This document shows positions 5,779-12,530 of a DNA stretch of 12,530 nucleotides, in pieces. This DNA comes from a candidate division WOR-3 bacterium (GTDB taxonomy: Bacteria; Hydrothermota; Tepidihabitantia; Tepidihabitantales; Tepidihabitantaceae), in NCBI GenBank assembly GCA_965648935.1, contig CBFGIY010000069.1, positions 1 to 12,530 on the forward strand. The letters run 5' to 3'. Within the stretch, counting starts at the first letter, position 1; each line of letters opens with the position of its first letter. The notes under the pieces are model-generated. The model made no database searches and was not told the origin of the DNA. It saw nothing but the letters and a program-made list of their open reading frames with translations. The position numbers and the translations under genes were made by a program.

Positions 5779-7354
5779 TGCGCTTGACCAGGGTCGCGGC
5801 CGGCTGGCGCGTGTTGATGCGTAGCACGTCGCGCTCGGCCCGCGGCGGCACGAAGCGCCGCTTCATCGCCTCGTACACCTCGACGTTGGCGTCCGAGAAC
5901 GAGTTCTCGATGGCGCGGGTCACGAGCCGGCGCCGCACCGTGCGGTCCGGGCACTCGGCGAGAAGGAACCGCACCGGCGCCCCGGCGCGCCCTGCGACCG
6001 CGCGCGCGCGCGCGCGCGACTCCGGGTGCAGGAAGGTCGCGTCGAGTATCACCCTCTGCCCCGCGCCCAGGAAGGCCGCGGCCCTGCGGAACATCTCGTC
6101 GTAGGTCTTCTTGCCGATGTTGCCCCGGTAGATGCCCTTGTTGTAGCCTTCCCAGCGCCGCTCGGTCACGGGAATCCCCAGCATCTGCTTGCGGATGGAA
6201 TCGGACAGCAGGTGGAAAGCGCCGGTGCGCGCGGCCAGCCGCCGCGCCACGTAGGTCTTGCCCGTGCCGGGCAGGCCCATCATCACCGCGAGCCACGGCT
6301 TCGCATCGAGCCGGCGCGCGTACTCAAGCGACAGCTCGAAGTAGCGCCGAGCGGTCTTGCGCGCCCGGACCTTGTCGGCCGCGCTCACCCCCGTGTCGTT
6401 GAGATTGAAACTCGTTACCTTGCCCCGGACATAGGCCCGGTAGCACTTGTAGAAATCCAACAGCCGCAGCATCCCGGTATCGCGGGTGCGTTCGAGGTAG
6501 CGCTCGACAAAGTACCCGGCAAGGTCGTGCCGGCCGGCGTACTCCAGGTCCATTACGAAGAACGCCACCTCGGATGCGACATCGGAACAGGAGAAGCGCG
6601 GGTTGAACTCGATGCAGTCGAAGATGTGCACGCCGCCGTTGACGAAGATGTTTTTCGAATGGAGGTCGCCGTGACAGCGCCGCACAAACCCGGCCTCGCG
6701 CCGGTAGCGGAACCGGCCCCGGTTCGCCGTGATGAACCGCTCGACCGTCCGGCGCAGCTCGTCGTATGCCTTGTAGCCGATGGTCCGGCCCCGGAAGTCC
6801 AGCGTCTGGGCAAAGTTCTCGTCCCAGTTGAGCTTGATTATCTCGGAACTGCCGTACTGCGCGACCTGGCGGCCGCGCTCGGCCCGCGCGTGAAACTCGG
6901 CGGTCAGCCGCGCTATCTCGTCGATGTGGTCCCAGGTCACGCGGTCGCGCCGCAACTGCTCGGTCATCAGCCAGTCCTGGGGCAGCTCGCGCATCTTCAG
7001 GGCGTAGTCCAGCACCCGGCCCCGGCCGCCGAAGCGCAGCCGGCCGCCCGCCAGCGTTATCGGCACGACCCCGATGTAGATGTCGGGCGCGATGGAACGG
7101 TTCAATCGCAGCTCCTCGGCACAGAAGAACCGCCGGGCCGAGAGCGTGGTGTAATCGAGAAACCCGAAGTTCACCGGCTTCTTCACCTTGTAGGCGTGGC
7201 TGCCGGTGAGAAACACCCACGAGGTGTGGGTCTGGATAAGCCGCACCCGCTCGACGCCCCGGCCGTACATCCCCGGCTCGAGCATCGCCTCGATGCGGCC
7301 GGCGATGGTCGGTTCGGGCTGCGTCGCGGCGCTGGCCCTGCGGCTGGACTTCAA
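5753..7354 (-). CDS. Bifunctional aminoglycoside-phosphotransferase-like kinase / AAA_33 P-loop kinase fusion
   Basis: QTHTSWVFL, YKVKKPVNFGFLDY, CHGDLHSKNI, FDCIEFN, then Walker A GLPGTGKT, SDSIRK and ILDATF. Start placed at TTG 7354 (TTGA overlap with the gamma stop); ATG 7285 is an alternative. Confidence 0.88.
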   Translation of the reverse strand: MKSSRRASAATQPEPTIAGRIEAMLEPGMYGRGVERVRLIQTHTSWVFLTGSHAYKVKKPVNFGFLDYTTLSARRFFCAEELRLNRSIAPDIYIGVVPITLAGGRLRFGGRGRVLDYALKMRELPQDWLMTEQLRRDRVTWDHIDEIARLTAEFHARAERGRQVAQYGSSEIIKLNWDENFAQTLDFRGRTIGYKAYDELRRTVERFITANRGRFRYRREAGFVRRCHGDLHSKNIFVNGGVHIFDCIEFNPRFSCSDVASEVAFFVMDLEYAGRHDLAGYFVERYLERTRDTGMLRLLDFYKCYRAYVRGKVTSFNLNDTGVSAADKVRARKTARRYFELSLEYARRLDAKPWLAVMMGLPGTGKTYVARRLAARTGAFHLLSDSIRKQMLGIPVTERRWEGYNKGIYRGNIGKKTYDEMFRRAAAFLGAGQRVILDATFLHPESRARARAVAGRAGAPVRFLLAECPDRTVRRRLVTRAIENSFSDANVEVYEAMKRRFVPPRAERDVLRINTRQPAATLVKRIERALLRV

Positions 7355-7914
7355 GCGCTGCCCGCCCCGGACCGGGCCGCCTCGAGGTGGCGCTCGGCAA
7401 GGTCCCAGCCGACCCTGAGCGCTTTGCGGTTGAGCTCGAGCGTGCTTGCCGGCGCGCGGCTGGCGACGGCCAGCTCCAGCGAGGCGAGCTTGACCACGCC
7501 GCAGACCCGCGCCAGCGCGCCGAGCGTGAGGATGTTGGTGAACAACTCGCGCCCGAGCTCCTGGCGCGCGGTCTCGGCCAGCGCCAGCGCGACGGCGTCT
7601 GCGCGCGGGCACGACCGCACGTAGAAGCTGTCAACCAGGGCGGTGCCGCGCTGCTTCAGGTCGTCGAAGTACTTGTCCGCGGCCTGCTGGCTCAGGCAGA
7701 CCAGCACGTCGAGGCGTCGGCTCTTCGGGAACAGTATCGGCTTGTCAGAGATGATGACGTCGGCGCGCGACGCCCCGCCCCGCGCCTCCGGCCCGTAGCT
7801 CTGGGTCTGCACCACCTGCCGCCCCTCGTGCACGCCCGCGGCCTCGGCGAGGATCACGCTGGCGAGGATGACGCCCTGCCCGCCCGTGCCGGCCAGCCGG
7901 ATCTCGGTCGTCAC
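7351..7914 (-). CDS. korC: 2-oxoacid:ferredoxin oxidoreductase gamma subunit
   Basis: EIRLAGTGGQGVILA, QTQSYGPEARGGASRADV, NILTLGA. GTG start overlaps the beta stop. Substrate not determinable from sequence. Confidence 0.9.
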   Translation of the reverse strand: MTTEIRLAGTGGQGVILASVILAEAAGVHEGRQVVQTQSYGPEARGGASRADVIISDKPILFPKSRRLDVLVCLSQQAADKYFDDLKQRGTALVDSFYVRSCPRADAVALALAETARQELGRELFTNILTLGALARVCGVVKLASLELAVASRAPASTLELNRKALRVGWDLAERHLEAARSGAGSA

Positions 7915-8765
7915 TTCTTCTCCCCGCCCGCGGCTTCGCGCACGCCCTGATAGAGCTCGCTGTAGGGCGGCACCTCGGCGCGGTCGTGCAGCACGCCGAT
8001 GACGAACTTGTCCTGCACCGCCCACGGGTCTGCGACCTTGCTCACGTCGATCGAGCGGTCGCGTATCCACTCCAGCATCTTCACGGCATCGCCGAGCTTC
8101 TGGTGCCGGCCGTAGAGGGTCGGGCACTGCGACACGATCTCGACGACGCTGAATCCCTTCTTGCCCAGCGCGAGCTTGGCCATCTGCTTGAGATGGGCGA
8201 CGTGGAACGTCGTGCTGCGCGCGACAAACATGGCGCCGGTCGCCCGGGCGAGGAAGCAGATATCGAACTCGCGCTCGACGTTGCCGTACGGCGCGGTCGC
8301 CGCCTTCTCGTGGGTCGGCGTGGTCGGCGAGTACTGGCCGCCGGTCATGCCGTAAGTGAAGTTGTTGATGACGAACACGGTGACATCGACATTGCGCCGC
8401 GCCGCGTGGATGAAGTGATTCCCGCCGATCGCCAGCATGTCGCCGTCGCCGCCGAACACCACGACCTTCATCCAGGCCTTCGAAAGACGCACCCCGGTCG
8501 CGGCCGGCAGCGCGCGGCCGTGCAGCGTGTGAAAGGTATCGCAGTCCAGGTACCCGGACACCCGCGACGAGCAGCCGATGCCCGACACCACGCACAGCTC
8601 GTCCTGCTTGATCCCGAGCTCCTGCACCGCCCGGACGACCGTGTTCATCGCCGTGCCGATGCCGCAGCCCGGGCAGAGAATGTGCGGCAGGCGCTCGTCG
8701 ACGCGGTAGAAGTCCAGCAGCTCGTTGGGCAGGGCCGGGCACACTCCGTTGTCGTGCTCCGCCAT
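7911..8765 (-). CDS. korB: 2-oxoacid:ferredoxin oxidoreductase beta subunit (TPP-binding)
   Basis: LCPGCGIG, VSGIGCSSR, HTLHGRA, GGDGD...GGNHFIHAARRN, NNFTYGMTGGQYSPT and SQCPT. ATG at 8765 overlaps the alpha stop. Confidence 0.93.
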   Translation of the reverse strand: MAEHDNGVCPALPNELLDFYRVDERLPHILCPGCGIGTAMNTVVRAVQELGIKQDELCVVSGIGCSSRVSGYLDCDTFHTLHGRALPAATGVRLSKAWMKVVVFGGDGDMLAIGGNHFIHAARRNVDVTVFVINNFTYGMTGGQYSPTTPTHEKAATAPYGNVEREFDICFLARATGAMFVARSTTFHVAHLKQMAKLALGKKGFSVVEIVSQCPTLYGRHQKLGDAVKMLEWIRDRSIDVSKVADPWAVQDKFVIGVLHDRAEVPPYSELYQGVREAAGGEKK

Positions 8766-9871
8766 CACAGCGCCTCCACGATTTCTTCGGGCGTCAGCAT
8801 CTCGCCGTCGTAGCGCAGCACCGACACGACCGGCACGTCCGGGCTGACGCTGCGCTCGACCGTGCGCCGCAGCTGGCCTTGGTTCATCTCCGGCACGATT
8901 ATGCGCCGGGCGCTGCGCAGGTAGGACTTCATCCGCTCGCTCGGGAAAGGCCAGACCATGCGCACGCGCAGGATGCCGACCCGCCGGCCGGTCTTGCGCT
9001 CGAACTGGCGCTTGGCTTCCATCGCCGACCGCGCCGCGCTGCCGTAGCAGACGATTATCGTCTCGGCGCCGAGGTCCTCGTAGGTGACATCCCACAGCCA
9101 CGACCGGTTGTCGTCGATCTTGCGGCGCAGCCGGTCCATGTTCCAGCGGATGGTCTCAGGGTCGTCGGTCGGGAACCCGTCCTTGCGATGGGTCAGCCCG
9201 GTCAGGTGGACCCGGTAGCCCTCGCCGAAGCTGGCGATGCGCGCGTCGTAGTTGTTGCTGTCGTCATAATGGTAGTAGTCGGCCGGCGCCGGCTTCGCGT
9301 TGCTCGACTGCCAGAGTTCGACCGTTTCGGGCAGTTCGACCGCCTCGCGCATGTGTCCGACGATTTCGTCCATCAGCACTATCACCGGGATGCGCAGCCG
9401 CTCGGAAACGTTCACCGCCTCAACGGTCAGGTCGAAGCACTCGCGCACGCTCCACGGGCAGAGCGCGACTATCGGGTGGTCGCCGTGCGTGCCGTGACGC
9501 GCCTGCATCACGTCGCCCTGGGCGGTGCGCGTCGGCGTGCCGGTCGCCGGCCCGCCCCGCATCACGTTGACGATGACGCAGGGCAGCTCGGCCATTATCG
9601 AGTAGCCCAGGCCCTCCTGCATCAGCGAGAAGCCCGGGCCCGAGGTCGCGGTCATCGCCTTCAGGCCGGCCGCGGTCGCGCCGTTCATGCAGCAGATCGA
9701 CGCGATCTCGTCCTCCATCTGGATGAACGTCCCGCCGAGCCGTGGCAGCTCGCGCGCGAGGTACTCGGCAATCTCGGTTGACGGGGTTATCGGGTAACCT
9801 GCGAAGAAACGCACACCGGCGCGCAGCGCGCCGATGGCGCAGGCCTCGTTGCCGGACAGCAGTTGCGTCAC
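8765..9871 (-). CDS. korA: 2-oxoacid:ferredoxin oxidoreductase alpha subunit
   Basis: GNEACAIGA, FFAGYPITPSTEI, QMEDEIAS, TATSGPGFSLMQE, RGGPATGTPT and PEMNQGQ. GTG start at 9871 (GTGA overlap) with SD GGAG. Confidence 0.93.
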   Translation of the reverse strand: MTQLLSGNEACAIGALRAGVRFFAGYPITPSTEIAEYLARELPRLGGTFIQMEDEIASICCMNGATAAGLKAMTATSGPGFSLMQEGLGYSIMAELPCVIVNVMRGGPATGTPTRTAQGDVMQARHGTHGDHPIVALCPWSVRECFDLTVEAVNVSERLRIPVIVLMDEIVGHMREAVELPETVELWQSSNAKPAPADYYHYDDSNNYDARIASFGEGYRVHLTGLTHRKDGFPTDDPETIRWNMDRLRRKIDDNRSWLWDVTYEDLGAETIIVCYGSAARSAMEAKRQFERKTGRRVGILRVRMVWPFPSERMKSYLRSARRIIVPEMNQGQLRRTVERSVSPDVPVVSVLRYDGEMLTPEEIVEAL

Positions 9872-10134
9872 TCCGCCGCCTTCTCTGCCGACGGGCGCGC
9901 GGCCTTGACCACGAAAATCGCCATGTCCGGACAGCGCAGCTCGCACATCCGGCAGCCGATGCACTTCTCGGGATGAGCCACCGTCACCTTGAACCGCTCG
10001 TCGAGGTCGAGCGTCCCGGTCGGGCAGAACTCGACGCATATCCGGCAGCCCTTGCAGAACCGACGCAGTATGGTGAAGCGGTGCCCCTTCGGGGTCGTCA
10101 GCTCGACCGGCGGCTCGAGCAGAAACTTCTTCAC
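9868..10134 (-). CDS. korD: 2x[4Fe-4S] ferredoxin, oxidoreductase delta subunit
   Basis: CKGCRICVEFCP and CIGCRMCELRCPDMAI. First gene of the oxidoreductase cluster. Confidence 0.9.
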   Translation of the reverse strand: MKKFLLEPPVELTTPKGHRFTILRRFCKGCRICVEFCPTGTLDLDERFKVTVAHPEKCIGCRMCELRCPDMAIFVVKAARPSAEKAAE

Positions 10135-10206
10135 AGCGCCGCCCGGCGCGGGTCTGCACCGCCGACGCGAACTGGTGCCTGTTGATTTTCCATTGGTTTC
10201 GGCAGA

Positions 10207-10234
10207 ATTGTAGCGTCGCCGGGCCGGGCGTCAA
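10207..10234 (-). promoter_or_regulatory. Sigma70-type promoter for the kor operon
   Basis: Minus strand TTGACG (10234-10229), 16 bp spacer, TACAAT (10212-10207). Confidence 0.65.
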
Positions 10235-10253
10235 CTGCGCGCGGCCGGGCCGG

Positions 10254-10748
10254 TCAGTAGGGCCGCGCCCCGGCGCGCCCCTGCCACTCGACAAACAGCC
10301 GGCGGCACTCGTCTGCCCGGACTCCGGGCACGAGTTCGACGCCCAGGCCGGCCAGCGCCTTGATCTGCTCGTTGGTCAGCGCCATCTCGTTGAATCCTGC
10401 CCGGGCCGCGTCTGGGATGCTCGCCCCGAACACGACGCGCGGGATGCGTGCCCAGTGCGCGGTGGCAAAGCACATCGGGCACGGCTCGCAGGTCGAGTAC
10501 AGCACGCAGCCGGACAGGTCAATCGTGCCCAGACGCCGGCAGGCGGCGCGTATCGCGTTGACCTCGGCGTGGGCCGAAGGGTCGGTATCGCGCCAGACCG
10601 TGTTGCCGGCGGCGGCGATGACCTCTCCATCGCGCGCTATCGCGCAGCCGAACGGCGACTGGCCTGACTCCATCGCGGCCCGGGCCGCCGCGATGGCCGC
10701 ACCGATGCCGGCAATGTCAGAGAGGTCCGTCTTGGATGCTGTCGGCAC
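10254..10748 (-). CDS. Zn-dependent nucleoside/nucleobase deaminase (guanine deaminase/TadA-like)
   Basis: PFGCAI, DPSAHAEVNAIR, LYSTCEPCPMC, WARIPRVVFGA. Substrate uncertain. Confidence 0.9.
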   Translation of the reverse strand: MPTASKTDLSDIAGIGAAIAAARAAMESGQSPFGCAIARDGEVIAAAGNTVWRDTDPSAHAEVNAIRAACRRLGTIDLSGCVLYSTCEPCPMCFATAHWARIPRVVFGASIPDAARAGFNEMALTNEQIKALAGLGVELVPGVRADECRRLFVEWQGRAGARPY

Positions 10749-10754
10749 GCACAG

Positions 10755-10783
10755 TGAATAGCCCGATGCGCCGCCAAAGTCAA
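10755..10783 (-). promoter_or_regulatory. Possible sigma70 promoter for the deaminase
   Basis: Minus strand TTGACT, 17 bp spacer, TATTCA (imperfect -10), 6 nt before the GTG at 10748. Confidence 0.45.
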
Positions 10784-10799
10784 GCGCGGGCGCGCCGGT

Positions 10800-10827
10800 T
10801 TGACACCGGCTCTGCCGCGGTTAAGCT
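10800..10827 (+). promoter_or_regulatory. Sigma70-type promoter for the TPR gene
   Basis: TTGACA (10800-10805), 16 bp spacer, TAAGCT (10822-10827), 7 nt before the ATG at 10835. Confidence 0.6.
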
Positions 10828-10834
10828 CGGACCG

Positions 10835-11602
10835 ATGTCGAAAACCAAGCTCAGGCAGAAGCCCGAAAAGAAGAAGCCCGGCCTGCGCATACCGACCAAG
10901 TACACGACCTGGCTCGTCGTCGGCGTGGTCGGCGCCGCTCTTGGCTACCTCATCATCTCGTCGCTCTCGCGCCCCCCGGCACCCCCGGGCTCGGCCCTGC
11001 TCGGTGCGGTCAGCCAGGACCTTGTTTCCATCACCCGGATGCTCGGCGACGTCGCGCCCGACAGCAGCTTCCACGCGGTCCTGCCCGACTGGGCCGAGAG
11101 CGAGTTCGGCGCTGTCGACAGCCTGCTTGAGCAGCGCCGTTTCGACGAAGCCCAGGCAAAGCTGAGCAGGATGGCCCGGCGACCCGCGCCCGGCCGGGCC
11201 GGCCTCCTGCACGCCTACATCGGACTCACGCTGCACGAGGCCGACCACAAAGACCGCGCGCTCGACCAGTTCCGCGCCGCGGCCGACTCGGCGGACCGGC
11301 CGCTGGCCGCATGGTCGGCCTTCGCCGCCGGCTACCTGTTCCAGAGCCACGGCTATCAGGACAGCGCGATAACCTGGTACGACCGCGCGCTGCTCGCCGA
11401 CTCGCTCTCGCCGCTGCGCAAGGCCGCGCTCAACAACGCCGGGGTGGCATGGGAAACGCTGAAGGAATACGAGAAGGCGCGCGAGTTCCTGGCCGCGGCC
11501 GCCGCGCTGCTCGACTCGGCCGACTCTTCTCGGTCTGCCCGCACCCTGCGCGAGAACCTGCAGCGCGTGCTCAACCGCCCGGCACCGGCCGCGCAGCCCT
11601 GA
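10835..11602 (+). CDS. Membrane-anchored tetratricopeptide-repeat protein
   Basis: Lys-rich N-terminus, one hydrophobic segment (WLVVGVVGAALGYLII), then TPR-like helices (AYIGLTL...ALDQFRAA; AAGYLF...AITWYDRAL; ALNNAGVAW...YEKAREFL). Start set at ATG 10835, not track start 10736. Confidence 0.8.
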   Translation: MSKTKLRQKPEKKKPGLRIPTKYTTWLVVGVVGAALGYLIISSLSRPPAPPGSALLGAVSQDLVSITRMLGDVAPDSSFHAVLPDWAESEFGAVDSLLEQRRFDEAQAKLSRMARRPAPGRAGLLHAYIGLTLHEADHKDRALDQFRAAADSADRPLAAWSAFAAGYLFQSHGYQDSAITWYDRALLADSLSPLRKAALNNAGVAWETLKEYEKAREFLAAAAALLDSADSSRSARTLRENLQRVLNRPAPAAQP

Positions 11603-11608
11603 ACCCGC

Positions 11609-12529
11609 CTATACCACTTCCTGCGGGTCGACATCGACCCGCACATCCCGGCCGAATCGCTCCAGTTCGTCGCGCGTGACCAGCCGGTCAAGCCGCGTTC
11701 GCAACGGCAGTTTGACCAGCAACTGCCGCTCGGCGCGGCGCGGCGCGGTCGGTATCGGGCCGAGCGTCTCAATGCCGGCCAGCCGGCCCAGTCGGCGGAC
11801 AACGGCGCGCGCGGCCCGCTCGGCACCGGCCTCGCTCCTGTCGCGTATCGTGATGAGGACGAGGCGCCGCGCCGGCGGAAACCCGGCTTCTTCGCGTCGC
11901 TTCAGCTCTCCTTCGAAGAACCCGGCGACATCCATATCGGCCGCGCAGGCGAGTGCCGGTTCCTCGGGCCGGCGCGCCTGGATGATGTACTCGGCACTCA
12001 GCTCTTCGGCCCGCCGTCCCAGCCGCCAGAGCGCCGCGAACAGCCGCTCGCCCGAGCGGAAGTCGGGCAGGGCGAGGTCGTCGTCGGCCCGGACCGCCGC
12101 GACGAGGCCGACCCGAGCAGGCCAGGGCCGTGCAAGCAGGGCCCGGGTGCCGACCAGCACATCGGCATCGGGCGTCGCCGGCTCGGCCCCGGTCACGGAC
12201 GCAACTCCCAGACCGGGACGCAGCCGCCGCACCTCGCGCGCGATCATCTCGACGCCGGGCACACGGTACTGGAAATCGCCGCCGCCGCAGGCCGGGCATG
12301 TCGGGCGGGCCGGCTCGGACCGGCCGCAGAGCCGGCAGACAAGCTGGCCGGTCGCCTGCAGCAAGACCGGCGTGTGGCAGTCCGCGCAACTCAGCACTGC
12401 GCCGCAGTCGCGGCACGTGACCGCGCGCGCCACGCCCAGTCGGTTGGCGTAAAGCACGACCCGGCCGCCGGCAGCACGGACCCGGTCGACGGCAAGAAGC
12501 AGCCGCGGCGAGAGCAGCTCGCCGCGGTG
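11609..12529 (-). CDS. priA: Primosomal protein N' (PriA), C-terminal part; 5' end outside the window
   Basis: LSPRLL...RVVLYANRLG, eight-Cys region (CRDC, CADC, CRLC, CPAC), PGVE, VLVGT, LPDFRSGER, GFPP, LGPIP and terminal VDVDP. The frame stays open to the window end. Confidence 0.88.
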   Translation of the reverse strand, partial: HRGELLSPRLLLAVDRVRAAGGRVVLYANRLGVARAVTCRDCGAVLSCADCHTPVLLQATGQLVCRLCGRSEPARPTCPACGGGDFQYRVPGVEMIAREVRRLRPGLGVASVTGAEPATPDADVLVGTRALLARPWPARVGLVAAVRADDDLALPDFRSGERLFAALWRLGRRAEELSAEYIIQARRPEEPALACAADMDVAGFFEGELKRREEAGFPPARRLVLITIRDRSEAGAERAARAVVRRLGRLAGIETLGPIPTAPRRAERQLLVKLPLRTRLDRLVTRDELERFGRDVRVDVDPQEVV

Positions 12530-12530
12530 C

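Noticed and set aside
5999..6018. (CG)10 dinucleotide run
   Set aside because: It lies in frame within the kinase gene (encoding SRARARA) in very GC-rich DNA. No frameshift is present, so there is no support for phase variation.
4082..10294. Long N-terminal extensions in track ORFs 4082..5437, 5753..7612, 7351..8742, 7911..9101 and 8765..10294 as fusion proteins
   Set aside because: The extensions are off-frame read-through of the upstream gene. Family similarity begins at start codons overlapping the upstream stop.
67..12452. Many long alternative-frame or antisense ORFs (e.g. 67..1191-, 4092..5045-, 6026..7624+, 6324..7634-, 8879..9781+, 11676..12452+)
   Set aside because: Arg/Ala/Pro/Gly-rich shadows of real genes, expected at this GC content, with no recognisable motifs.

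Overview
GC-rich bacterial chromosomal window; the ferredoxin-linked enzymes and an LpxH-like gene suggest an anaerobic diderm. It has four blocks. (1) 1-2874 (+): a tightly coupled Fe-S/redox operon of an IscS/NifS homologue, IscU, a small double zinc-ribbon protein, a glutaredoxin-like protein, a ferredoxin-thioredoxin-reductase-like protein fused to rubredoxin, and an MTH1187-family protein, closed by a probable intrinsic terminator. The IscS homologue lacks the PLP Schiff-base lysine but keeps the catalytic cysteine. (2) 2903-3689 (+): a near-consensus sigma70 promoter, a ~240 nt leader with several hairpins, and two tandem paralogous 77-80 aa acidic proteins I do not recognise. (3) 10234-3744 (-): an operon of overlapping genes encoding a 2-oxoacid:ferredoxin oxidoreductase (delta, alpha, beta, gamma), an APH-like kinase/P-loop fusion, an LpxH-like phosphoesterase, a Gate-domain membrane protein and an AhpD/CMD protein. 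(4) A divergent deaminase and TPR gene pair with apparently leaderless promoters, then the 3' part of a PriA with degenerate helicase motifs. No rRNA, tRNA, CRISPR array or mobile element was seen. All calls come from reading motifs by eye; no searches were run.
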